Assembly (NCBI RefSeq): GCF_964355755.1
Contig: NC_092670.1
Coordinates: 26,832,795 to 26,896,794, forward strand
DNA length: 64,000 nt
Reading direction: 5' to 3'
Source of the DNA: Antedon mediterranea
Taxonomy: Eukaryota; Animalia; Echinodermata
Made by a program: the position numbers and the translations under genes. The notes under the pieces are model-generated. The model ran no database searches. It was not told the origin of the DNA and was given only the letters and a program-made list of their open reading frames with translations. Shown here piece by piece: positions 24,001-36,000 of this stretch. The stretch's first letter is position 1, and each line of letters opens with the position of its first letter.

Positions 24001-27000
24001 TTTAGTTGTTTAGTTTATACACGTCATAAGTTTATTGTACTATTATTTTAGAATACATCTGTTTATTTAGCATTAGTTCACAGTCTTCTAATCTCTGCAT
24101 ACTGTGTTATTTCTGTAGTTGGTTGTGTTATACTATTTCCACAATTCAGTAAATCCAAGTCAGCATACTGTAACCCCTCAATGTTTAATGTCCTTGCTTC
24201 TAATGGAGTAGACAGGGTAGCTGATTTAGTTTTCACTTCTGGTTCCATTGTAACAATAGGGCTTGGGGTTTCTGCTTTGTTTTTTATATCAACATTTATA
24301 TATGTGGTTTCCTTTGCTTCTTTATTTTCTCTGGTATTGTGTGCTTCATTTAAAGCTCTCATTTCAACTAAGTTTTTCTTCATTCTTCTTTGATCCAAAG
24401 ATAGTGCTTTAGACAATGGCTTCATTGTTAATCTAGGCTTGACTTTTTGAGTTTGAGATCGATTTATACCGCCATACATGATATTTTCCAGATCTGTCAT
24501 TTGCAAAGATGTTTGCACTTCATGAACACTATTCTTGATAGTATCTTGTTCTAAAGTGGATGCCCGATGTTTAAAGTTTAGTGTATGAATTTTATCTGGA
24601 CGTGTTGAAATGGAAATTTCAGCAGAAGTTTCTTCGATTGGAACATTGTCATAAAGACTAATTCGTTGATTTTGGTATTCTGATTGGTCATTGCAAGTGT
24701 TAATTTCATCATTAATTTCTACTAGGCCTACTGGTTTTAAATCAATTGTACAGTTATTGGTAATATTTTTTCCTTCAATGTCTGGTTTTATACAATTATC
24801 TTTTTCATTCTTATTTATATTTCTTTGTTTCTTTATACAATAGAGAAGAATTGTTACAAGACATACCATTAAAAGGAAAAGACTCATAACAATCACAATA
24901 TAAAGGAAAGCAGAGTTAGTTCCAAATATGGGATTTGGTGTATCATCCGTAGGACTAGAAGTAGTAAATAATACATTTACTATTGTTTCTGTACTCATCC
25001 TAAGCTGTGAAGAATCCGTACCACTCCTACCTCCATGTTCGACTGTACAATTAACTGCCTCTCCAGCATTGAATGTTGATACATTGCCAAAGCACTGGAT
25101 AAAGTCATGAAACCGTGGTAGTGGATTATCCAACAAAGAGGACCATGTATATTTCATTTCTACATCTTTTAGATTTTCTTTCACAAGACACTCAAAACAT
25201 GCCACATCACCAGGACTTATTGGATTCTGTTGTTGAACACTAACATTCAAATATGAGGTCAATGTCTTTGTGACTCTAGACGTGCAAGACACAAAATCAG
25301 ACTTATTCTTGTTAACATGAGTGGCCTTGCATTTGAATGTCCGTCCTTTATCACCTGCTTGAACTGTAAATGTGTAATTCAAAGTGAACTTTCTTCCAAC
25401 CACTTTCTGATTACCTTCAACTAACCTCAATTGATTGTCTTCCACTATCCGTGACCACCAGTTTAGCTCAATAGAATGTGATAGTTGCTTTGCTGTACAT
25501 GCAATTGTAACATTTTCTCCAATTATCACTTCTGTTGGTATCTTGCTACAACGAGGTCTGGGAATTGATTTTACAACTGTAATGTGTGCAGATGTTGCCA
25601 CAGATAGATGGTCGTCAGAACGTAAATAACACATCAATATGCCTGCATCAGTTAGTTTAGCTTTTCTAATTTTCAGAATGCTAGTTTTATAATAATACAG
25701 TGTATCTTCTACAATGGTTACATTGATTGAATATCGTTTCTTTTCAAAGTATAAGTCATTTCCAAGAGCAATAAATATGCTGTCTCTCTCCCATGCTAGT
25801 TGGTATTGTTTTTCAGTTTCTTCCAGTTTGACAATGCAGATAAAGTTTGTAGTCTCGTCCTCTGTTATTTCAGTATCTTCTATACCATGAGTTATCTCTG
25901 CACATTTAACATTCTCAAATACATACAAAATTGAAATAGTTAACATCCAAACCTTACCAAACTTTTTCTGCAGCCACATATCTTTAAAAAAGAACAAATT
26001 ACAACATAATATACTGTTGGTGAAAGACTTTATATTATTATACATTACTTACTTACTAACTCACTAAAGATATTATATTTGTTTCAACTGTTTCAAATTC
26101 AGTAGTTCTACTCAATATTAACTACAGTGAAGTAAGGTAGTAGTAACCATAACCTATTATGCAATTATTTTAAAGTTTCTTTCTGTCTCTGAATTTAATT
26201 ATAATACCTACTTGTTATATTGTTGAAACTATTCCCCAACTTCAAACAGTGCTTTAAAGTTGTACAAATTGGTTAATGATTATTTCACAGTAATGTAAGT
26301 CTGTGCTAATTCCTGAAAGATGATGTAATTGTTTGGATAACTTTCACTAGCTTCCTGGCTTTGATTTTGATAACTGTTAATACAATGAGATTTACAGCAC
26401 ACTGAGGAAGTTAGGATGAACACCCATGGGTACCAACCATCAGACAATCAAATCATAGTTATTCTTCAAATATAAATAGAAATAATTGTCAGCTGAGAGG
26501 AGGCTTTAAAGTTGTAATTTTTTCACACAATTGTTTAACCATCAGGCCTGAAAACACAATTGTTTATATGTTGCCCAACCTGACTCACCTAGAATTTGTA
26601 AAAACTGTCCTGGGCTACCTACTTTTAGGCCCTATTGATGTTTAAATTATTATTGATAAAAAGTAAAACAGACACTTTACAACTCTACGGTTACACTGTG
26701 CTTATCGGGAAATCAAATACTTCAGTTTCTGTAAAAATCAGTGAACTAGTGCCATACATGTCTTTTTAAAAAAATGATTAAAGTGTATCAAACATTTTTT
26801 TAAATCCTGAATAATATTTTTTTATTCGATGTATAAAGTATTATGAACACAGCATCATAATTGTATATCATCTTGATAAAACACAGTCATACATCAGCAT
26901 ATATTTAGAATATATATTTATTGATAAATAACTTACAAACATCATCAAATTAATTGATCAAAGTAGTTTACTACAGCACACAGAATACCATAATGTAAAT

Positions 27001-30000
27001 GTGCACTGGATATTTTGCTTTCAACTTTTAAAGTATGGCCCACTCTGATATGCTTGAGAATCAGGTGTGTTCTTGAAAATAAACTTCATAAAGAACATGT
27101 ATGATTGATTTTTGTATTTCACCAAAAGAAAATCTGATCACGAGTTTCTTGGACAGACCACAGTTGATGGTCCCATGCATCGTCAGTATTTGACGACTAC
27201 ACTGAATCTTTTTGTATGGAATGGAAGACGTGTGTCATTTAAATCAATAGTTTCAAGCCCTAAGATTAAAAAGGTTTCACATTTATACATTGCCGATTAC
27301 AATATAAAAGATCTATGGTTAGGCTTAAGCCTGGCTTTAATCTAAGACCTGGAGAAAGTCTCAGTTAAGCCTGCCGACTAGGCTATTTGATACATTATCC
27401 ACATAGCCAGTCGGCAAATTGGGAGTCGGCAAACTGCAGTCGGCAAACTGGGAGTCGGCAAACTGGCCTAGATCCATCAATAGGCTGCAGAATCACCACA
27501 CACACACATACTGACACAACCCATCGCTTGTCACACCACAGGGGAACGTTTTGAGTGTGATATGGTTGAGTGATTCCATCGCGTCATCACATACGTCATA
27601 CTTCTAGCTACTTCGTGGGTCTCAATAGACAAGTCTCACAAAGCGCGAACATTTCTAGTAAACACACTTTTTAAATAAATTTAAAAAAAATATGAATGTC
27701 ATTTTTTTTCAGTGGCTGGATCTCAATGGAGATACAAAAAAAGGCGAAAAGCTAAATCAAAACGATAAAGTAAAACAGCCAGAAAAGTTGGCAGAGCTTT
27801 CGGGCAACATTAGCCCTTCATCAGTGCAATTGGACAAAGATAGATATATAAAGTCAGGCAAGTGCTGCCTGAGTGGACAGGAATAAAAGAAATAAAACAA
27901 AAGAGGCACAGGCTGATGAATAGAGGGTGGAGTTAGTATTGGGTAGAAAACAAAGAAGATAGCTTGGTATATCGTAAACAATTTTGGAATAAAATTTTTT
28001 AAAACAGCTTAAATGGTGGTTAATATTGAAACTTAAATTTAGGTAGTAATTTTACCAATCTGGGAGTATGTTCCTAATGTTACGTCCAAAAGGTTTTGTC
28101 GTTTAAATTGATATGCCCTCATCTTTCAGTATTTTATTCATAAAGCAGGATTTCCGAAGAGATACTTTTATATATATATATAAACACATCAGGCACAGAA
28201 GGACATTAATTCTAAACCGCCCGGTGATATACTGAAATTTAAATAATTAATTTGAAACGATAAAGATAAGGAAATCCGTGAGAATGAGAAAATCTGTGAG
28301 AATAAAAAAAAGTCCCCCCAACGTAGACTCGAACCCGGAATATCTGCTTGATATGCAGATGTCCTAACTATTAGACCACTGGGGCTTTCATGGTATTGTT
28401 CAAACGCGATTAGATAGCGACTCTTCCACATTCTCGGCGTAGTACAGCGGAACAACACTAGTCCCTCAATTGTATGCACGCACACCAGATCAAATTGCTA
28501 AGCCTTCATCTTTCAGCATTTTATTTTTTGAAGCGGAATCTTCGAAGAGATATATATATAAATAATAATAATAATGTGTTTATATATATAAAAATGTGAA
28601 ATTCAGCCATATCTTTTAGCATTTAAATGATCATCAAGATCGTTTGTAAGTAAATTATGAATTAGCGCCCACACACTTGAAATTGAAAAGGAAAGATATG
28701 CTTTCTCCGGATACCACCGGAATTACGTCTGCCAAATGTCAGCATGTACTACCATTCAGCGGTTTCAGAGGAATACGTACAATTACACAACCAATTTAAT
28801 AGCATTAATATATATAGATAACATCTGTTTATTATTCATTCCATGCCAGTAGTTGTATATAATTGAAAGAAATCCTTTTGATATTCTTATAAATATTTAA
28901 ATGTTTTATTCATTGTAGTGACATTGTAGATTAATTTACTCCTGGATCCCATCAATTCTAACTTGATTTAAACAAATATACACTTCTCTTGCTTATATAG
29001 TGGTATTTCTATATATTTGTGTATGTAATGAAATTATTGTTATCCAGTTCCTAGTCAATTATCAAACCATAGTTTGAAACAACTATTATACATTTATTTT
29101 TGACAAAAAGTTTTTGATGATATTCCAACTTCCCCACTATACCCAAACTGCCAAATAAACTAAACATTAGAGGACGAATACAATATGAATGCAAATCAGC
29201 TTTGATGGATAACAATACCTATCAATAAACTGTAAAAGCACTATCCTTTATTCACATTTCCAAAATTACAAATAATTTTCTGATGAGTGCTTGTCTCACG
29301 AATCTGAAATCTGTAATACTGTAAATGCATTTCACTGGTTTTTTTGTTGTCTTTTTTACATTTATTGTCTCTATATAATTGTTTGTTAGCTTACAGTATA
29401 CAGTATATTTCAACTACAATGTGGTGGTCTGAGCTGAAGGTGGAGGTTCCCATCCGTCATCTTTATAATATATATCATTTTCAGTTTGAAGTACAGAGAT
29501 ATCAAAATTGTTTGGTAAAAAATTAATATCAAGATGATTAACAACCATGTCACCTTTTACTTCATTCTCTACACTAACGTTCTTGTAATATTCCATGCGT
29601 GCACTTAGATTTTGTTCAGATGGCTGTTTTTGATGGCCTGTTCGTAAGCAAATTATTAAAATACAGATGCTAAGCAGTAGAAAGATTGAACCACAAACTG
29701 CAGCAATTATGATAACCATTGTATCTACTGATGTAGATTCTTGTTTTTCTGATTTGGCAGTAGACATAGCTGGATTTGATGTGATTTCATTCCATGCTAC
29801 ACTGGTGATTTTAGGCATTATTGCAGTTGTTCTAATAGCTTGTGTTGCTACCTTCGATATTTGCTTCCGAGCTTTCGTTGTGGGTAAGCTTGTAGGTGTA
29901 GTCTGTGCTAAAGTTGTAATTGGAGTTGATAATGTTAGTTTAATTGATTTTCTTTCTTCTTGAGTACTTGTGGCCACTGTACAAATTAAGTTTAAACCAT

Positions 30001-33000
30001 CGTAGCTAGCCTGAACATTGTGAATCGTCAAAGCACTACCATCAATATTATAACTGATTCCTGCATCTTGAAATGTCCATGCATACGATGTAACAGTGCC
30101 ACTTGACACAAGGCAAATAAACGTTACATCTTGGCCTATAACTGCTATTTCAGGTGTTTGCATTATCAAAAGATTTAAAGGACTTTCAACCAATAAGTTT
30201 ATCATACAAGCCTGAACATTATCTAATGTATTTGAAGTCTGACATATATAAGAAATAACACCTTCTGTATTAGGAACTGTCAGTACATAGTTCAGGCTTA
30301 AAGGATTGTTTGTATTTTGACTGTTAGTTGAAATGATATTTCCATCTATTGACCACATCATTTCTATTAGCGGATCTGCAGGGTCTGAATCACATCGCAA
30401 TGTTATTATGTCATCAGGCTGCACAATCGTTTTCTCTGGTGTATAACACATTGGTGTGGGAACATAATTCGTAATGTACAGTCTTGTAGAGGCTTTGACA
30501 TTAGTCTCTTGACCATTTAAAATAAAAGTACATTGATACGTTCCTAGATCATTTTCACCAACCTCTAGTATTAGCAATGTTTGTGTTATTGAAACATTTT
30601 GAGTAACAGATAATCCACTTAGTGCATACTTTATTGTATCACCGTTTGTCACAGAATCACTTGAAGCAATTTCAATATTGTCATTTTTAGTCCAATGTAT
30701 GCCATGTGGAGTAATAGATTCATCAGAAGTTAATGTTAACGAACATTCAAGGAATCCACTCGAAGACATATTTACAGTCACATGATCTGGAAATGTTATT
30801 TCAGCAGAAAACACATTGTTTCCTATACCAAAAAGAACAAATAAGAATAGCCATGATGAACTCATCCTGTTTGTATTTTTCACAAAAATATTCACTTTAT
30901 ACATTTTCTGCTGAAAAACAAAAGTAATACTGGAGTTAGAGTTTGTATCAGATTAAACTTTAGCAAAATTTGGTTTATGATACAGAATTTAAGTACAACT
31001 TTAATGCAAGAAAAAACTAACTCGGAGAGTGCACTTATGTTGAAATTAAACAGAAGGAATAATTTTCTAGGATGGTATGTACAGTAAGGTAGTTACAAGG
31101 AAACTGTACTGTGACATGATACAAAAATATATGTTATATGGTTCAATTTTCTACAATTCAAAACAGCTTACCTTATATTTCTGGAAATATTTTGTGTTAT
31201 TTTTTATACAATTCGAGAAAATTCTTGTGTCATGTTGGAATTGTCTGTATCACCTACACACTAGTACCAAGTTTGTTATACCTGAGTGGGCTTCAATAGA
31301 GGTAGTATTTAATCATGAATAGTCTATTATTCTGCTGATTGTGTTTACCTAGGCTATAGACTCCCCTATTCATAGTCGTAATCAGATGACTGTTGCTTTT
31401 ACGCTTAGTACTTTTCTTTTTGTTGTACAGTTGAAAAGTTTTTTTAATACTTTGCAGGAACTATAAAACAATATGTACTTGAAATTGCTTTTTGAAGATC
31501 TAAAACTATAGTATTATCAAACCAAACAAAATCACTGACAATACATATAGCATGGCATAGATTATTTTTTTTAACAAATTAATGAAAAATTAGTACCCTT
31601 GTTGAGCCGTGAAATGTGCAAAAAGTCAAAGTGCAAACAACCGCAAACTAAAACACAATGATGTCCCGCCGGATGCAATTAGACATACTGTATTTTAGGT
31701 TCAAGGTAAGTAATTGAGTATTATGACCTGAACTGAAGAATATGATATGTTGTTAGGGCTGAATTCTGTCTATTTTGTGTCATATACTATATACAGTATG
31801 CACATTATAATCTTTATACATACTAGAGGGTGAGCTCACTTCTCTCGCTCCCCCTTTAGGAAGTGTAGACGATGGTTCTCGGAATGATAATGACTCGGGT
31901 AAAAAAGGTTTTAGGAGGACGTTCTCCTTGTATGATTTCTGTCGGTTACCATTATTGGAGATGCTTGACATTCGTAAAACTAAACCTACTCTGTTTCACA
32001 GTGTCTTAGATGATTAATAACATTTTAAAGTATAGTGTTTATTGTTTGGTAGGGCCCTTATAGAGCAGAGGTGGGGAGGCGGAGTTCATTTGAGGGTGGT
32101 GCTTATTCGAGGGATGTTGAATTTTTTAGTTTTAATAATATGGTAAATAGTATAATTGTGTTATTATAAATATAATACAATAGTATGTGTAATGTGGATG
32201 GGCGTTTATTAGATAGTTGGGTTTTATTGATGTTTTATTGGGGAGGCGTTTATTCAAATAAATACCATCCTAATAACGAATACATCATTTAATCTAAACA
32301 TCTTTTGAAACTAACTTCCTTGACAGAGTGGGCCGTTTCAGCCCAAAAAAGAAGATGTTTTAGACGGCTTGCAACATTGGCAGACATCCCGGTCCTAATG
32401 GGACACAGATATCCTATACTAACAGTTATTCCTACCAGCTTACTCAATAAATCTTGGCTATCGGGATTTCCCTTGATTTTAAACAAAATGTCCTATCATC
32501 AGATCTCCCTATGTAATTTTATAATACTATTCCCCACAATAATATTCCGATGCTTTATGGCATATATTTAATTTGATCTTTATTAATTTTTACTTTTTAA
32601 CTACTGTACCTTCACACGTGCGGTCCGTTCCGAAAATAAACAAAAAACTAAAATGGGTATAGCCACTAACGTAACGGCCAACTTAGTTGAAACCAGGTAG
32701 TTGTAAGTTGAACTCATCGTGAACCCGGAAATTACTTTGACCGGTACAATTGAAATTGAGTTGAAAATGTACCGATGAAATCAGGAATTTTGTTTAAAAA
32801 CTCTTTATAATATCTTCCTAAGGTAGAAATATGAAACAATATCGTAATAGTGAAAACTAATGTTATCAAATTTACATTTCGCGGTACATCTGAGATAGAT
32901 CAGGTAGGTATCCTAGGCAGAGATTTGTACCTATATGTCAGAATTACCCATAATTTATATACTGTAGATTACAAGCAGTGTAAAATAGGTGAAATTACGG

Positions 33001-36000
33001 GACCCGCCATTTATTCCAATTTTAAACATGGTGACAGTATGAAATTGAAACACTAAAGATAGAAAGTTCGGAAGGAAATTATCTTAGCAACAACATATTA
33101 ACGTGTAGAATAAATTTGAATACGTATGTGATATAATATGAAAAAACAACATTTTTTATTCAACTGGCCATATGATGACATCACAACATGTGATTGGCAA
33201 ATTGTTAACATGAATTCGTATCTACAATCCAATAGCTTCCAGAAAACGTTTTAATTATGATTATCACTTTTTATTCTAACGAGCTACAACAGATTGAAAT
33301 TTACTATAAAGATAAAAATAAGTGACCCTATTTATTTACATTTTTAGACATGATGATGCATAAAAATTTAAATATTTTTAACTCATGCGAAAGATAGTTG
33401 ATTACCCTAGACAATAGTAAAATCTCGGGGAAAAAGGGAATACGGATAAGCGTGATACGCTCTATTGAATGTGATGAGCAATCACGAAAGTGTGGCCATA
33501 CGAACGTCCGAGAGGTAAATATTCTGCATGAATTCATATCTGCAACATATCTGCTTACATAAAGGTAAAGGAGGTATTTATATTTGTCCTCAAGCTTAAC
33601 TGGAAATTGAGGAAATTCGGATTAGGCCCTCCACGAACCCACGGCAGCCACCAGTGCAGCGCCTACCAGATCAGCACATCGGGAGACGATCCCCCAGAGG
33701 TCCCAACTTGGGAAAGTCCATTCGCAGGAGATTTTGTCGTGAACCACATTCAATTCGTCGAAAGTCAACGCGCGGGGAATCGAAAATCAACACGCGTGTC
33801 GTTTACGTCTCTTATAATTAACTGAATATGTTACATATACAGTATACAGTATACAATATTTACAAATAAGTTGGCTTTGGTATTTTTAATTTTACATTCT
33901 TATTTTTTTTTATGGACACATCCTCAGTACAAAGAATTTTAAAAATATATACTGTATTTTAACTAAAATTCAGTATATAAAATAATTTAACTTAATTACA
34001 TAATGTACAATAAACACATAATAGTATTGCCCTATAGAATTTACTCATTTTTTTTAGGCACAGGCCTAGGCCTAGGGCTTCTACTAGGCCCTAGCTAGCT
34101 ACCATTTTAAAACCCCCCAAAAAAATAATAATAATAAAAAATAACTATTCCGAATCCGTCTTATGCTACATTACGCGAGTTAACATATTATTTCAGATGA
34201 AAAACATTGAGTTTTATATTGTTTTATCCATACGTAATTACACTGGCATTAAAGATATTTAACATTAAAATGTAGGCCGTTTATGAGCTATTTCGCCGAT
34301 TTCTTATCGCTGGGAAATTCCCCACCATCGACATCGATCGATCGAAGAGTAGGCCTAGGCTAGAATAGAGGCCTAGCGTGCATGCCGGAACGGGTGGATT
34401 ATTGCTATATAAATAACAAGTTTGAACAAAAGAGCTTACGACAATCTTAGGTAAATTTGTAACGTAGGCCTACTTGCTTGGCGAATCCATGCCTTTTAAA
34501 TCATTTTAACATGTTCGTATTATCGGATCGTACAGTAAAACCAAATAAAACACCGCCTCAACAACCTCGTGCGATGTGCGATCTGTTGTTCTTTTTTGCA
34601 GCGGATCAACATTGGTAGAGTCCATTAATTATGAGGGTGTTTAAAAATGTAATAACTATTAAAAACGTGTCTCAACCACTGTGTAATCAAAGCGTTTATT
34701 TAGTTAAAACTTGGATCCTCCCAAAATTGATAATCGCGTATTCCGGTGACCACGTGATTGATTCACGGTTGGTTGCACGCTTCTTTTTTTTTCTACGTCC
34801 GGCGTGTAGTACCGTGTGTATATTATTGTTACGGTCAAAGGCAGTGCATACAAATAAAAATACAATAATAGACCACGGAGACTGCATGAATAGACATTGT
34901 TTCAACATCCTGCCTCACTTTTGTCTGGTTATTTATTGACTATTGTTGACCTGGGCTGAGCCTGGGTGTAACCGTAAATCAATTTGGCCAAAAATATGGG
35001 GAAATTTGAAAATGCGGTAAAAAAATCAAAATGCGGTAGAAAACGTCGAGATAGCGGTAGCGCGGTAGATGGGTACTAAAAGCGGTAGACTACCGCGAGT
35101 AGCGGTAGACTTGGGACCCCTGATCCCCTACTCTTCGAATAGTGTACCAAGTTCTTTAACATGCACTGTTAAGTACGCAGGACCAACGGCTTTACATCCC
35201 ATCCGAAGGATGAGGAAATGAGAGTAAAGCATCTTGCCTAAGGATGCAATTAGTATGGTACAGATAACCTCAAACCCATGCCTATCACATGCTAGTCCCA
35301 TATTACCATTTACACCATCACTCTTCAGTATATACAGCACCCGCTGCGATTTCTAGATGGTCTCCCATCCAGAACACAACCGGGCCCAACGTTGCTTAAC
35401 TTCAGTGATTTGACAAGAACTAGTGTTTCAACACAGTATGGCCGTATACCGCCGTAGTGTCCACCATAGTGTGCGAAAGCAAACGGCAGTGATTGTGCTG
35501 CAAGAAAAGTGGTAGCATATTAAATTGAACAAAATTGGGGGTCACCGTTGATCCTGAAGAGATATAATAGATTCGTGCGTAACATTGTTCACACACGCTG
35601 AGATTTTTGACATGCGCAAAATGTCATGAATCGCGTAAAAAGTTGATTAGAAATTAATTTTGCGCATTTTAAAATTTTAAGTGTGCGTGCATGCGTAACT
35701 TCTTGTAAAACATGCCATTTTTAGTGCACAACAAGTTGACCCTTGATAAGAATTAACCTTTCCCTAAGTGTCAATTAAAAATCACTTTTAGTTTTTATCC
35801 TATGTTCAATCATTGAAATTCATAATTTATTAAATCGTGCGTAAGTCATTAAAAAATAGGAGGTATACAACTTCACTTAAATGTTCATATGATGACAAAG
35901 ATGAAATGTTATATGTTTACTAGTTTTTGAGATACGCGAGACACAAAAATGGAGGAGAAAGAAAGAATAATATAAAGAAAAAAAAAGGAAACAGGACGAT

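Noticed and set aside
25980-26045. First 22 codons of the 655-aa ORF
   Set aside because: They read as the pyrimidine tract and acceptor, and the signal peptide fits a start at MWLQ (25979) or the next Met.
27405-27468. Four GTCGGCAAA repeats as a regulatory array
   Set aside because: They look like transposon subterminal repeats, and there is no independent support.
29252-29413. 53 open codons after receptor C's TAG, including TVYCKL (ITSM-like), suggesting readthrough or a premature stop
   Set aside because: No similarity to the A/B terminal module, the TAG-TTG context is not a known readthrough signal, and the existing end is a plausible PDZ ligand. Ortholog comparison would be needed.
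35335-35447. Functional 5S rRNA gene
   Set aside because: Many substitutions, no T-run terminator, and embedded in SINE-like sequence.
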